Below are positions 13,334 through 27,333 of a DNA stretch of 64,000 bases, piece by piece. Origin of the DNA: Antedon mediterranea (taxonomy: Eukaryota; Animalia; Echinodermata). The notes beneath the pieces were generated by a model. The model ran no database searches. It was given only the letters and a program-made list of their open reading frames with translations, and was not told the DNA's origin. Each line of letters starts with the position of its first letter. The first letter of the stretch is position 1. The stretch lies in contig NC_092674.1 of NCBI RefSeq assembly GCF_964355755.1, forward strand, positions 13,950,001 through 14,014,000. The letters run 5' to 3'. A program made the position numbers and the translations under genes.

Positions 13334-16300
13334 TCATAGCCGGGAGTGGTATTGGGGTTAAGCTCCCTTTACCTAAAAAATGCTCCCATACGGTGTGCGT
13401 CTCAAATAGCCTCTGACAACTAAAAGACCAACTCCTGGCCTGCACGAATGGCTTAGTTCTTTCTTTAAGCCTGGCGAAACCTGCTTCCTACTGACAGGAG
13501 AAGGGACGAAGGCGAGCCACTGGCGCCTCAAAACCAGAAGCTTACTTGGACAGGTGGAGTTCATCAGCCGTGACAGGCAGTTCACCTAGGAGAAGGAAAA
13601 CTCTGATTTTAAACCTCCGCTGCCTTGCGGCTATATCCATCCTGGAAAAGGCTTCAGGAGTAAACCTCAAGGACAAATCCGGAGTGAAGCCCCTAAGGCG
13701 GTTTGGAACATTGACTCAATCTCTTTCCGGCAGCTTCTGCAGCCAAACTGGTACCATACGTATTGCTCTGCTCTCCTATGGACTTTATCGGTAAAGGCCG
13801 AGAGGGGGATTCTGCTGACTGGGCATCGCAGGGTCCCCATATTTTTCTTCGCCCAGGCGTGCGCCATGGAGAGGTCACTTCAGTGCTGTTGTAAAAAACG
13901 GCTAAAATCAACACGGGAGACAGCAGTTTACGAGTGATAAGCCAAGACCAATTGGCGTAGGTCAAGGCGCTACGGGTTGTCTCCGACGGTGGGAGGGACC
14001 ATCGCAGTCCCACTGGTCAGCTATCGCCCGCCTCAAGCCGAGCAGCCCTCGGCCAGTAAGATGCTGACCCGCCACAGTCTGCCTGCTTCAATGGGTGCTT
14101 GGAGCTTAGGATTCTTCCGACAAGCGGACTGTAACTACTGCACCAGGCAAAAGATTAAAGAAAAGACTAAAGAATACTACCTTGCGATTTGCAAGCTGGA
14201 ATGTCAGGACCATGTGTCCTGGCTTTTCAAACGACCCACGAACGACCAATGACTTAAGAAAGACAGCTATCATCAACCGTGAGCTCAAGAGGCTCAACAT
14301 CGATATCGCTGCATTACAGGAGACAAGACTTCCCTCGGATGGCAGTATAAGAGAAAGGGACTACACGTTCTTTTGGCAGGGGTTGGAACCTGACCAACCA
14401 CGACTCCATGGAGTGGGGTTTGCTGTTAGAAACTCTCTTGTAGCATCAGTCGAACCACCATCCAAGGGCACCGCCCGAATCCTCTCACTCCGCCTATCAA
14501 CATCTTCGGGCACAGTAAACATCTTGAGCATCTATGCACCAACTCTTTGCTCAACACCCGAGTCTAAAGATGAGTTTTATGAAGAGCTGGACTCTGCCAT
14601 CAGAGGAATCACAGACACAGAACATCTGTATTTGCTTGGCGACTTCAACGCCCGTGTAGGATCTGACCATTATTCCTGGCCCAGGAGCATTGGACATTTT
14701 GGTGTAGGAAGACTAAATGAGAATGGCCAGAGGCTTCTGGAGCTCTGCAGTTATCATGACCTCTGCATTACCAACACATTCTTCTCCACCAAGCCTCAGC
14801 ACAAAGTGTCCTGGCGACATCCAAGATCTCACCACTGGCATCAACTAGATCTCGTCATCACTCGAAGATCTTACTTAAATTACGTAAACATCACTTGCAG
14901 TTACCATAGTGCATACTGCGATACTGATCACTCTATGGTGCGCACACAGTGTGTCTCAAACCAAAGCAAATTCATCGCTTCAGGCACATAGGATGCCCAC
15001 GCATCAACACAGCTAAGACCAATCTGCCAGACCTGTGCGCTCGTTTTGCCCAAACCATCGATAAAATGCTGAAAGACTGTCCAAAAGCCAACTCTGAAAT
15101 GAGATGGGCTCATATTCGTGATGCCATCTATACCTCTGCCAAAGACATCTTCGGCGTGAAAAAGAGGAAAACCCCTGATTGGTTTGAATCAGGAATTTCT
15201 GCGATGGAGCCAGCTTTAGAGGCAAAGCGTGCAGCGCTAATTGACTACAAAAGAGACCCTTCAGAAAGAACACTAGAGGCTCTTCGTAAAGCTAGAAATA
15301 ACTCTCAAAAAATAGCTCGACAGTGTGCCAACCAATACTGGTTGAACCTCTGTCAAGATATTCAACTTTCTGCTGATCATGGCAACACTGGCGCCATGTA
15401 CGCTGGTATAAAAAAGGCCTTTGGACCTAGTGCAACAAAGATCGCACCATTAAAGACCGCCTCTGGTACCATCATAACTGATCGTGGAAAGCAGATGGAG
15501 AGATGGGTAGATCATTACCAACAACTCTACTGGAGAGAAAACATTGTCACTGACTCAGCCATTGAGTGCATAGATTCTCTCCCCATAATGGAAGAGCTCG
15601 ACAATCCACCTACACTGGCGGAACTAAGCAAGGCCATTGATATCTTGGCTTGTGGTAAAGCCCCAGGAAAGGACGGTATCCCACCAGAGGTCCTCAAGGC
15701 TGGTAAACGCTCCACATTATTACTACAAAACCTACACGAGCTTCTGCTACAATGCTGGGAAGAAGGCTCAGTACCCCAGGATATGCGTGACGCAAACATC
15801 GTTACACTGTATAAGAACAAAGACGATCGCAGCGACTGCAACAACTATCGTGGAATATCCCTTCTTAGCATAGTGGGTAAAGTCTTCGCACGTGTTGTAC
15901 TAACTAGATTACAATCACTTGCAGAACGTGTCTATCCTGAAGCCCAGTGTGGCTTCAGAGCTGGAAGATCAACCATCGACATGATATTCTCAGTGAGACA
16001 ACTGCAAGAAAAATGCCGTGAGCAGAGGCAGCCCCTGTACATTGCCTTCATAGATCTAACGAAAGCCTTCGACCTTGTCAGTAGGAAAGGTCTCTTCTCC
16101 CTACTACAAAGGATCGGATGTCCTCCAAAGCTTCTGGGGATAATCACCTCCTTTCACAAAGACATGCACAGCGTTGTGCAGTATGATGGCTCATCTTCAG
16201 ATCCTTTTCCCATCAAGAGTGGAGTAAAGCAGGGGTGCGTTCTCGCGCCTACACTCTTCGGCATATTCTTTTCCCTGTTACTATCATATGCCTTTCGTCA

Positions 16301-17410
16301 GTCAAATGAAGGAGTCTACCTACATACTCGAAGTGACGGAAATCTCTTCAACCTTGCCCGCCTTCGCGCAAAGACCAAGGTGCGACGTCTACTTATTAGA
16401 GAGTTGCTCTTCGCTGATGACGCTGCCATCACAGCCCACAGTGTAGAAGCACTCCAGCGCCTCATTGACTGCTTCTCACATGCATGCGAGGAGTTTGGCC
16501 TTACCATCAGCCTTAAGAAAACGAACGTTCTAAGTCAAGACGCAGCCAATGCTCCTCCTAAGATCAAAATCGGCGATTATACTCTTGAGGTGGTGGAAAA
16601 GTTCATTTACCTTGGTTCCACTGTTTCCAGTAACCTCTCATTTGACGCCGAACTCAACATCAGGATTGGAAAAGCGACATCAGCCATGGCTCGCCTAACA
16701 GATAAGGTTTGGAAAAACCGCATGCTGACTATAAACACCAAGATGAAGATCTACCAGGCTTGTGTCCTAAGCACCTTATTGTACAGCAGTGAATCATGGT
16801 CTCTTTACACCCGCCAAGAGCGCAGATTGAGTTCATTTCATCTGCGCTGCCTGAGAAGGATACTCGGCATCAAATGGCAGGATCATGTCTCAAATAAAAC
16901 CGTTCTAACTCGGGCAAGTTTGCCCAGCATGTACTCACTACTTACCCAGAGACGCCTTCGATGGCTGGGCCATGGAAGGCGCATGGATGACGGAAGAATA
17001 CCAAAGGACTTACTCTATGGTGAGCTTGTCACTGGAACTAGACCTAAAGGAAGGCCCATGTTACGCTTTAAAGACGTATGCGAGCGTGATCTTAAGTCGG
17101 GCAACACAAACGTCACAAACTGGGAGGCTGTTGCCTCCGATCGCAGTATGTGGAGATCCACTATCAAGATGTGTGTCCAAACAAGCGAGAGTAGACGCGA
17201 CAAGAAACGGACGCTACTCAAGAAACGTAGAAAGGAGAGAGCATCCTCTGCTCCAACCGATCAGGAGCCAACGTACATCTGCCCAAAATGTGACAAATCA
17301 TGCCGCTCAAAAATTGGCCTTTTTAGTCACAGCAGGCGCTGTGACCCTGCACCGAATGACGGATAGAGGGCGCATACCTATTGTCTCTCGAGACAAACGG
17401 CTGCCAATTC
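13334..17410 (+). mobile_element. Full-length RTE-clade LINE
   Basis: 11-bp TSD AGGCCTACATG (13323-13333 / 17411-17421), long 5' UTR, APE + RT ORF, RTE-type 3' end. Confidence 0.95.
14182..17366 (+). pseudogene. RTE endonuclease-reverse transcriptase with one frameshift near 14948
   Basis: APE motifs SWNVRT, LQET, GDFNA, TDH. RT motifs FIDLTKAFD, GVKQGCVLAP, FADD. C-terminal CPKC..CRSKIGLFSH. Confidence 0.92.
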
Positions 17411-17838
17411 AGGCCTACATGCAGAGTACCAGAAGGTACCAGTTCCAGAAACGAATGAAATGACTTCCAATGGGTTTTTGGTGGAATTTGACAATTTCTT
17501 TTTTCATTTTATAAGAGAAAACCTTATTTTTGACGAAAGAGATTAACTTTATTAAAACTACAAAATAACCTATTTAAAGTCTCATTTAATTAATCTTCAT
17601 TTTTCATGTTTTTGGAGGACATAGGCCTACATCTTTAATATTAAGCATTTATTCGATTTTCTTATTACTTAATTAACCGCTTTACGTCATACTGCATAGT
17701 AGGTATTAACTGTCCTTTTTAAATATACATTTTCGACTTACATAGTGCAATGTACTTCATTTCTTGTGTTGTGTTAGGTAGCTAGAATTAAGGATAGTTT
17801 GTCTTGACTGAAAGTTTAATATATTTTGAATTGTATGT

Positions 17839-20197
17839 TTATCGTAGTAACATTTTTCTGTAATTGTAGTATTGATTTATTAAATTAATTCGCATCTCTA
17901 ACTTTGATTCAGAAATTGGCACAAAACTATGATGTGATCTCGTTCCAGCAATAGTTTTAGACAAAGCGTATCTTGTATCCAAGTCATACTTTTCTTTATT
18001 TAATTGAATTTGTTCATCTGTTACAAAGAAAAACTTTATTCCTTGAATATGGTCGCAAACCCATCTGTACATATCATCAGCTTTTAATATTTGGTTGGTC
18101 TCTGTCGCTTGCAAGCTTGCTCTTGCTACCAAACGCTTCGTGGTACCACCTATACCATCACAAGGGCTCTTCCCATGGCTTGTGGCAAAGAAATGCCATT
18201 CTGCATGCAAACCATGATCTTTTTTATGGAAACAAATATTTGTCCAATTTTTATAGTTCTTGTATTGGCTGGCTGCCCCATCGCTAAAATATACAATTTT
18301 CTTTATATGAGGCAAGACATCTTTTAAATGTGAAAGTAAAGTGGTAATGAAAGCATGTACAGTTGATGTTTCATGCTTCAATGAATCCGAGATGACGCAA
18401 GTACTCAGGGATTTTAATTCATCATTTTCTTTGTAATAGATTACAAATGGATGGAGGGTTGCTTGACTATTGTCCCAGTAAAACCCTTGTATGGCATCCT
18501 GAATTAAAAAACTATAATTTTCTGCAAAGTCTAACAAAGCAATGGCAGTGTCATCAGAAAGATCCTCCTTCAGTTTCCGAAGATAAGCAGATTGTGATTT
18601 TGTGATGTAATGATGTTGCCGAAGTCGGTCAAATGCATCAGCTACCTGCTCTATAAATTCAGGTAGTGGAAGTTGGAGCGTAGCAATAGTTGTTCTATCT
18701 GTATTTATCCATTGCTTAAATGTTATCGTTTCTTCGAAATCAATTTCATTTTCAGTAAATGTATTTGACAAATCCTCAACAAGAGCAGACTTTCCTGGAC
18801 ATTTTTCACACACTAGCATCATGCAATCTCTGTTGTCAACACTGCATACGATTTTTGACAGGAGATCTTGGTACTCTAATCGACCAGGAATTGCTGATAC
18901 TAAAAGTTTCACATTTTGATGAATTTGGCACACACATACAGAGTGCATACCTCTGCTATTTACCGATACACACCATTTTGGACGAAGGTCACAAAATTTT
19001 GAGAATCCAATTTTGTCATCTGGGTTTTTTATCTTATATAATTTATACAGTTCTTTTAAATTGATAAGAATCAAGCGTTTTTGCTTTTGCACTTTTACAT
19101 AATTGATTCTAACAGAAACAAATTCTTTTTGTCCTGGGCACATCCTTGAATACTCATCCGACTCATAAAACTCAACCACTCGCTGAACAACTTGTGGAGA
19201 AAGGACCTTTCCTTTTTTGGGTGCAGGTACCGCTAAGATCCCATTGGTCTTTTTTAGTTCCCTGGCGGTTCTAACTATGTAGTGAGACACTTGAAATTCC
19301 TGAACAGTCTTCTTGATGCTCCAACTTGGAGGAGCAAGAGTAAGTAGTATGATTTTTTCTTTTGTTGTTGTTGCTTTTGAACACTTCTCTTTTAGTAGGC
19401 CCACTAGTGTGTCCAAATCTTTGCATTTCTTACATGGCTTATCTTGATCAGATGAACTTAATTCTTCCTGAGGAATGTTAAGAACCTTGGAAACTTTAGC
19501 TTTGGATGCAGATTGAATATCACGCATCTTCCTTTTTCCATAGTCAACCTTCCCCTTTTCCCTAACACGCTTGAATGGTGAGCATCCAAGAGATGATACG
19601 CTAACATTGAGCAAGTCATGCTCATTGTCTGTGTCTACAAAGCTGTCGTCAGTTGTTGAATCTTCCTTACATTCTGATATCTTGATATTTCTGCATGTTG
19701 GGCATAGCTTCTGCCCAGGCTTCACATTAAGCAATTTTGCATCATTTTCTTCGATAACTCGTAGAGACTCTAATATAAAAATGAGATTGAAAATTAGACT
19801 ATTATTGTTAAACTATATTATGATAAAGTTTTAAGTCCTTTAAAAGCAGTGGTATATAATTTTAAAATACTGTACCAAAACTCAAACATTAAAAAAATCA
19901 ATAATAGAAATACTTACTTGTAATAGCTTTCTTGTGCCTTTTGAAAGGATCGCAGCATTGTCTTTGTAGACGTTCATAATATGATATGTACTTCTTCTCA
20001 TGATGATTACATATTGTGTTATCATCCGCAAATTCTACAGCAGTTCTCCACTCTAACAGCACCTTCTTCTCCTTTGACAAATCAGTAGCATTTATCAGAG
20101 CATGAGAACCTCTAAATATTGTATTCAAATGGCAGTCTTCATTTAAAGCTAAACCAATGCTACATGGATTTAAATTCTCACCAGTGTTGGATTCCAT
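17839..20197 (-). CDS. Sola2-like DDD transposase, two exons (20197-19918 and 19769-17839), ~736 aa
   Basis: GT-AG phase-1 intron joins the 99-aa and 631-aa ORFs in frame (..KAIT-K-SLRVIEENDAKLLNVK..). Motifs DFAENY, SDGAASQYKN, WHFFATSHGKSPCDGIGG. Confidence 0.8.
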
Positions 20198-21233
20198 TAT
20201 TGTACCACAATTAAAAAATTACTCTGTTCTGTTGTAGATGGTTGTACTTTGTAGTGTGCAATTAAGAATACTGTGATAATGTACATTCCTCTTACTCTAA
20301 GATTATCAAATTACTTAATCTCCATGGAAGGTCATGATAATATGTAGATGAGCTGATGAATTTATTACCCTGATAAGGAAGGTACAGTAATTTATGATGG
20401 AGATATATAGAATACCTTAAATACCTTTTCTCCACCCAAAGCCACAAAGGGGATGGAGTGTTCTCCGGGTCACACCACACCCATGTATGTGATTTGTGAA
20501 TCATGTGGCTAAATACCATACTTTCAAAAAGCTGCCACACCATGAAGAAGATGAGACACCAAAACAGAATTTAGTCCAGAAGTACATTAGACTTGCATTA
20601 CCAGATGGTGTAAGTTTCATGTCGGTGGGTATATGTTGCCAAGGTCAAAGGTCACTCCGAAAATCTTAGTTTTTTGCCTATTTTCTGTCTGTAACCAACT
20701 TTGGAGCTATGTCAAACATAAATTAAAAGGGTAAATTGTCTATCCTTGCTGTAAGATAACCACATGTGGCTCTACAATACATATGTGCAATATAAAGCTT
20801 TTCTGATTGTTCTTACTTACCATTAAGGGGGTCTAAAAATGAAAATTTATTTGACCGGTACAATAAATTGGGGTTTTCCATAACATATAAATAAAAAAGT
20901 GTATAAGATACAGTTATTTTGAGGCCAGATTTGCATTATATGGTGGGAATTGACCCTAGATACCAATTTTCAGCTTTGTATCTTGATTTTAAAGTGTTAT
21001 AAATCACATTACAAAACGCAAAATATTCAATTACTCAAATTATGTGAATTCTGACGATCATAGTACCCCGTCTTCAATAGGCTATATTTTCAAAACGACT
21101 TTGATTTAAGTGCTAAAACTTTGAATGTGTTCATTATATATATTGAGGTACCTTTAAAAAAAATTTCAGCCAAATCCATGACGTGACCCGTACCAATTTT
21201 TAGAAAATTTGATGATTTGACATGGAATGACCC
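17885..21233 (-). mobile_element. Sola2-like DNA transposon missing one end
   Basis: Terminus GGGTCATTCCATGTCAAA (minus strand, from 21233). No matching second terminus; the sequence runs into a repeat homologous to 12260-12480. Confidence 0.65.
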
Positions 21234-22959
21234 AATAGAGTTACTGTATATTATATGTTTCATACAAAGGGACACCACCAGACAAGTAAATCCTATCCCT
21301 AGCAAGTAACTTTGATTCAGATGTTGGTCCTTGCAACTTTTATACAGCCTAGATATCCACACGTGAACCGCACTGAAAATGAGTTCGTGAATTAGACGTT
21401 TTACTGTAATATTAAATATGTTTGTTACTAAAACAAGTTTGATCAAATAAATTCTACAATATTAGGGCCTAATAAATCATATTTTTCCTCAGAAATAAGG
21501 GGAATGGCGCTTCTGCACACGTGCCTGTTTGTGAGTGAGAATCAATAATACACTATGATTAATTTTGAGAGGTTCAGGGAAGTTACCATTTACATACTAA
21601 CAACTTGCGTAGGATTAGTGAGATAAGATTGGAACCAATCTCAGTACAAATCCTTTTTTTGTAAAACAATTGCCTTTTTTAAACATCTATAAGAATTATG
21701 GTTGATTGAGCTTATTGAAAACCGGATTGGTAAGTATGAATAATTTTATTTTTGGAAAGATACATTTCAACATTTCCTCATTTATGATGATAATTAGTGA
21801 ACAAGGTAAATAAGCCTATGCGTTTTTTTTAAGTATCTTGGCGGATGTTCGTAAAACACACATTAAAACGTGAGGCAACTTTTAAGACAGAATATTGTTC
21901 TGTTGATAACTATTTTATTATTTGTTTTATAATTATTCTTGTGTCCGAGATGTTTGAGGGGTTTTCATAATTATTAGGTTTGTCTTAATTTCCATCAATC
22001 TTATAAAGAAAGTAATTATATTTAGCTATTTTGATCAGCCTAAATCAGGCAAACTAGGATTTGTATATCTTTCTTAAAATTGAAAATAAACTCTTTTATT
22101 ATCATCCCAATTCAGAGAAAAATTAACAGTGCAAAATCACATTCTTCCACCTTTGTCGAGAAAAGTCGACACGCATACATACTTTTATATACAGATATTT
22201 CGATACCTTCAAAGCCTCTAACGATTTGAAAGACTATGAGGTCAAGGGGTAAATTTGCTTGTAACATATGGAAACCACGCGATTTTTAGCTGTTTGGAAA
22301 TATGTAATATTTTAATTTGTTGTAATTACGATTTGGTAGTAAGTACATATAACCCGTTAATTGATGCTCGAAGAATGTTCACTTTAATGATGATATATTT
22401 AATTTAAGAATTTATCACATGATATTAACATGTTATTACTAGTGACATTAGACAAATCGATATTATAAGTGTTTCAGAAAAGTTATTTATATTGTACTTT
22501 ATTTGTTTATTATTTTTACGCAGTTGTGTTCATTTTTATGAATAAGCAATTCAATGTTATTTTTCTAGTGCAATAAATGGTCACTAAGGCTAATATTAAT
22601 AACCCTAGCTTCTTTTACATTATTTTGTACATTAGTAACAATATCAAAGCAAAGCATGAGCTCTTTTCTTTCTATTAATATCAATAATAACTTGCTAAAC
22701 ACATTTCTTATATTTTTATTATACTCCCGCAGCGATAATAATAAGTAACAAAAAAGAAATTATATCCATGTCAGCATTTATGTGGTTGGGTAGTAGCACA
22801 GCTATCATTTTTATTCTGATGTTTAACGTTGGGAAACATGTAGTGTTAATTCTCACAAGAAGGCATAATAACATAAGACAATTTGGTATAATCATTGCCA
22901 TTATAAATAAACAATATGGTAGTTTACCTCCTAATCAATGATTGTTTTTCATCATGTGC

Positions 22960-24150
22960 GTCGCGTATTTGTCAGCCGATTGCAAATTCTCGCCAAAACG
23001 CAACGAACAAAATCAAATGAAAACGGGATAAAAACTGGATAAAAATATACCAAAACACACTGTACATATCCATTTAAAAAGTACTCATGAAGTCGTTTGG
23101 TGATCAATATTGCACATTTAAACATCCGTCAATTGAGTAATGATGCCTCACACAGTACCGTTTTACGGTCTCCGGAAAATCAAAGAATTTTCGATTCTAC
23201 ACTTTTTGTTATACTGCACATTTTAAATGTATAGTAACCAATACGTTCAATGGAGTCAACTAACTGTAAACATCAACAACGGTGTGTTTCTCACAACAAA
23301 ACCTACGTTTTGCATGGGATTGACAACGACGTTTTTTTAAGAGTGCTATTTTTATGCATATTTTAGGTATGTTATTACCGTCGGTTCGCCCTTTCAACTG
23401 AAAATTCATTTTTTTAAATCACACTGAATTATATAGCACCCCTTATTAATAATGTTTGTAACACTTACATTTACCTGAAGATCCAATTTAGAACCTGCCT
23501 TGAGCAAAATACTGCAAACATCTGTGTGGCCATTACATGCAGCAAAATGCAAAGGTGTCCAACCATCCTGAAATATTACAAATAATATTATTATGTTATA
23601 GTATTTTTCACTTTACAACAAACTATTTAATATTGTACTAAAATAAATTAGATGGGATCATGTATAATACTACTTCAATTAAATAATTAAATTTATATAT
23701 TTAAAGTATGATAAATTGTAAAACAATTGCTAACTATAGTTTATTAATATTTGATATTTTCGTAGTAAAGTGCATTACAAACGCATTTGCTTGCATGGTA
23801 TTCTTGTGGATGGTACAGTACGTTTTAAACACTTAATTACGAGATTAACACGGAAACGCTTTTATATCCGATAAGACGTATTTTATATACAATCTTCCAT
23901 TTTAAGATTGTATTGACTTCTGCATTACAAGGTAGTTATTTTATTGTAAGATAGTAAAACGTTAAACGTTGTATAAAGTACATATTTTGTTTCATTACTA
24001 CAATACTTATCAATATAAGTATATGCGAGTTACTTTTTGGTAACTTAAAACCAATTGCCATAAACAGGTTGTTAAATGATACTGGTATGTACTTCTAATT
24101 TATAAAAAAAAAATATTTTAGTTATAAACTGTTAATATTAACTGCCATCT
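22960..24150. repeat. Class-B ankyrin exon module
   Basis: Collinear with 46020-47460, which carries an extra L2 insert. Confidence 0.85.
23469..23567 (-). CDS. Ankyrin-repeat exon E5: DGWTPLHFAACNGHTDVCSILLKAGSKLDLQVN
   Basis: 99 bp, open, canonical AG / GTAAGT sites, phase 0-0. Confidence 0.92.
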
Positions 24151-24229
24151 TATTCTTAAATAAACGTTTAATAAGTTTATCCAGTAAGTTAAGATTTGCT
24201 GTCATCTTACTTATATCACTATGAACACA

Positions 24230-24740
24230 CTTATTAAGAAACCAGCAGCATTTCATCACATATGATTGATAATTGGATTGGTCTTTCTTAATGTTTTCCT
24301 TTCTTAATCAGGTGTAATCCCTATTGCAGCACAAGCGAATCCACATCGAAATTCGATGCAGTATAATCTGTATAATCCATGCTGTAACATCCATATTTCA
24401 ACCAGAACACTGGGATTACCACATATTAATCATTAAAGATGCCCTGGTATCGTTTAAATCAGATGCAATTGGAATTCCACGGACCTCAACAGCATCCTTG
24501 TATTCCACCCTACCACTGGATCGGTCACTTAGAATTATGCACCTCAACAGCATCCTTGCTCGATCGGTGCTATTAATACTTATTGGGGTATAGGCTGGTT
24601 TATTTTTTGCAGCAACCAGATATCCTCTAATTTGCATAAGTTTAAAATTTTTATCGTTTGACCAAAATCACAAAGTCATCAATATCATCTTGGAATTGAC
24701 TAATATCAGCATTAACCTTTAGTACTTCACCTGAAGTAAT
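24230..24740 (-). pseudogene. Highly decayed LINE RT C-terminal fragment
   Basis: Frame-broken ISQFQDDIDDFVI/WSNDKNFKL resembles the LQxDLD..W...N.MKLN RT motif. Confidence 0.35.
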
Positions 24741-25614
24741 CAACATAAAACATAGCGTGACGCACTTTTCAAATCGTGTTCCCAGGTTTCTGCACCGCGT
24801 TAAAATCGCCTAATCGACCAAATATATTGGGATATGCATACAGATATAGTTATGTCAGGAATAGACAATGTAAGTCGCTTATTACGAAGATGCACCTATT
24901 TCACCATGTACAGAACCAACACCTTCCACGCGAATCATTAAAAAAATATTACCAAACTGACAAGCACTCCCTTATTTTTTGTTTTCTGTTGGGTGTTGGG
25001 TGTTGTTGTACAGCAAAGGAAAGTAGTAATATTTAATAATTTAATTGTTTTTAATCTTTCGAGGAAAAAATTCAGTGCACTCATAATTTTTCTCGCGTGT
25101 AGGCCTACACCACGTAAAGTCACGTTATAGAGTATTTATTAACATTCTTCGATTGAGGTTAAATAAATATTATTTTTTATTTACTAATCTTTTAATATGA
25201 TATTTTATTGAATTTTACAATGTTCATACACAAAATATTTTACTAAAAAACGTGATTTTATGTAATTATTTTACCGAAAAATTGAGTAGGCCTAGTTCAT
25301 ACAACTGCCGACTGTGTGAGGGGCAACATGTTTACGTCATTTCTGGCTAAAAACGATCACTTTCGGTGATGTTTTATATTTTGGAATAATAGAATATTTA
25401 TATAATAATACAAGCAAGATTTTCATAATTATTTCTTTAATTATAATATTTAATAATATATATATACTAAAAACCATGATATATAAACTTTTGAATGTAC
25501 ATCGTTATCACTAATATAAATAGAACGAGCACCGGCGAAAGTTAGCATTTGGCGTTCGATAAAAAATAATGTTTTTCTGGTGGCGGCTCAACTTGTCGGC
25601 GGCTCAACTTGGCC

Positions 25615-26262
25615 TAATCCCCTAGGGCCTAGGCTAGGCCTTGGCCTATCCGGGCCTAGGCATATCTAATCGAGTATGAGATAGTACTACTGCAGTACCA
25701 TTTATTACAGGCCTATAATAAGAATACATTTAAAAAAACAATATAAATTATACAAAATCAAGCAAACATTTTTTTATAAAAGTTACATAATAATATTAAT
25801 TGCTTATGGGCTTTATATATCTTATCTTGTTGCAAATGTTCATTTTCGCGACGTTTCTACCGACAAATAGAACAGAAGAATGTCGGTTTCTTTGAAATGC
25901 TGATTGTTTATTGCACGTCCATAAATCAAAGTATTATATTTTGATATGAGTTGTAAACTCCCTGATTAGAACATTATGATATTGAAACTACTGTGCATTT
26001 GTAAAGTATGTACAACATCGTATTCGTAAAGTGGGCTAAAACACAGTAGTAAATACATACAAATGTTATTGTCCGGCTTTATTTCACTATACGGTTATAC
26101 ACATTATGTCATAACTCTTGTCGCTCATTGGTTGCTTGCGGATAAAAACGTCGTAACGCAACAATTGTTAGGTCATCGGTTTCATTAAAATCAGCCTTTC
26201 TTACGACAAATCGACGTAGTCGCAACAAAAGTGATGTTCTTACGTCGAAAGGAAACCAGGCT
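25615..26262 (-). mobile_element. Partial inverted copy of the Harbinger-type element at 35883-37230
   Basis: Reverse-complement similarity, including one TIR. Confidence 0.8.
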
Positions 26263-27333
26263 TAACATAAAAAAAAACTTTATTAACCACTAACGTAACC
26301 AAATTTAACCACTAGCGTAACAACAGTAGAAATGTTAAGACATTTTTGACAATTTTTGTTTGAAAGTTAGAAATCTAGGACTCACATCCAGTAAAATTTG
26401 TCTGTACCTCAACTATCAATTGTTGGTTAAACAATGGTGTTAAATTTAATTAGCTTAAAACATTTGTTTTCTGTCCTTCAAAATTTTATACTTGAAATGT
26501 AAATTCCAATCTTACAAATTCAGCCTATTTTTACTATTTTGAATCGTATGTTTGTCTGTGTGAGTGCACTTTCGGCTATCAATACTGTAACCGTAAGACA
26601 CACTAATTTCCGTATGAAAAAGCCGTGGCATTTCCATACTTGTCTGTCTGTTTTTCTAACAATACTCTTACTTTCAATGACGTAGGTAGACAAGTGTATG
26701 CTTTGATTATGCTTTTCTGTCAATTTATTTATATTCAACAATACATTTTATATTAAATTACTAGTCTAAAGGCTAAAAATGAGAAAATAACAAAAGGACA
26801 GATAATCATAGACACGAAAGAGGTTCAATATCAATAAATTTGAGGAAATAAATCATGTTGAAAGAAAAAATGAGAATTTACTGATTGACGGACACTAAGA
26901 CAATTTTTATAGGAAAATCAGGCTAAACTGTTTTATATATGTCAAAATATTGCTACTACTTATTGCGTTTGAGGTTAATGTTACATTAGTTGTTGATGTT
27001 TGTTACGTTAGTGGTTAATGTTACATTAGTGATTGATTGTTACGTTAGTGGGTGATGCAATACCAAGATGGTTAAAGTTTGCACAACACACAACCACACA
27101 GTTTTATTTGTCTTTAGTGTATATATGAATTTGTGTGCAAACAGTAAAATAGAATAATGTCTAATGGAGTCCATCACAAAATAACAAGTTAATACAGATG
27201 ATAACGAATGATTACGAACACAGAAACCTCAAAAACAGCGACGACGAGAGACCCGAAGCACAGGGTCTCTGTTTTCGAGATCTGTTTAAAACAGAGACCT
27301 CAACACAATCTTCTCAATATTAGGCTATAATAG

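Noticed and set aside
14930-14995. Programmed frameshift in the RTE ORF
   Set aside because: No slippery heptamer, and RTE APE-RT is normally one ORF; a 1-bp deletion or sequencing error is simpler.
23420-23460. CACACTG near the exons as a V(D)J RSS heptamer
   Set aside because: No nonamer at 12 or 23 spacing, and the motif is not conserved in class-A copies.
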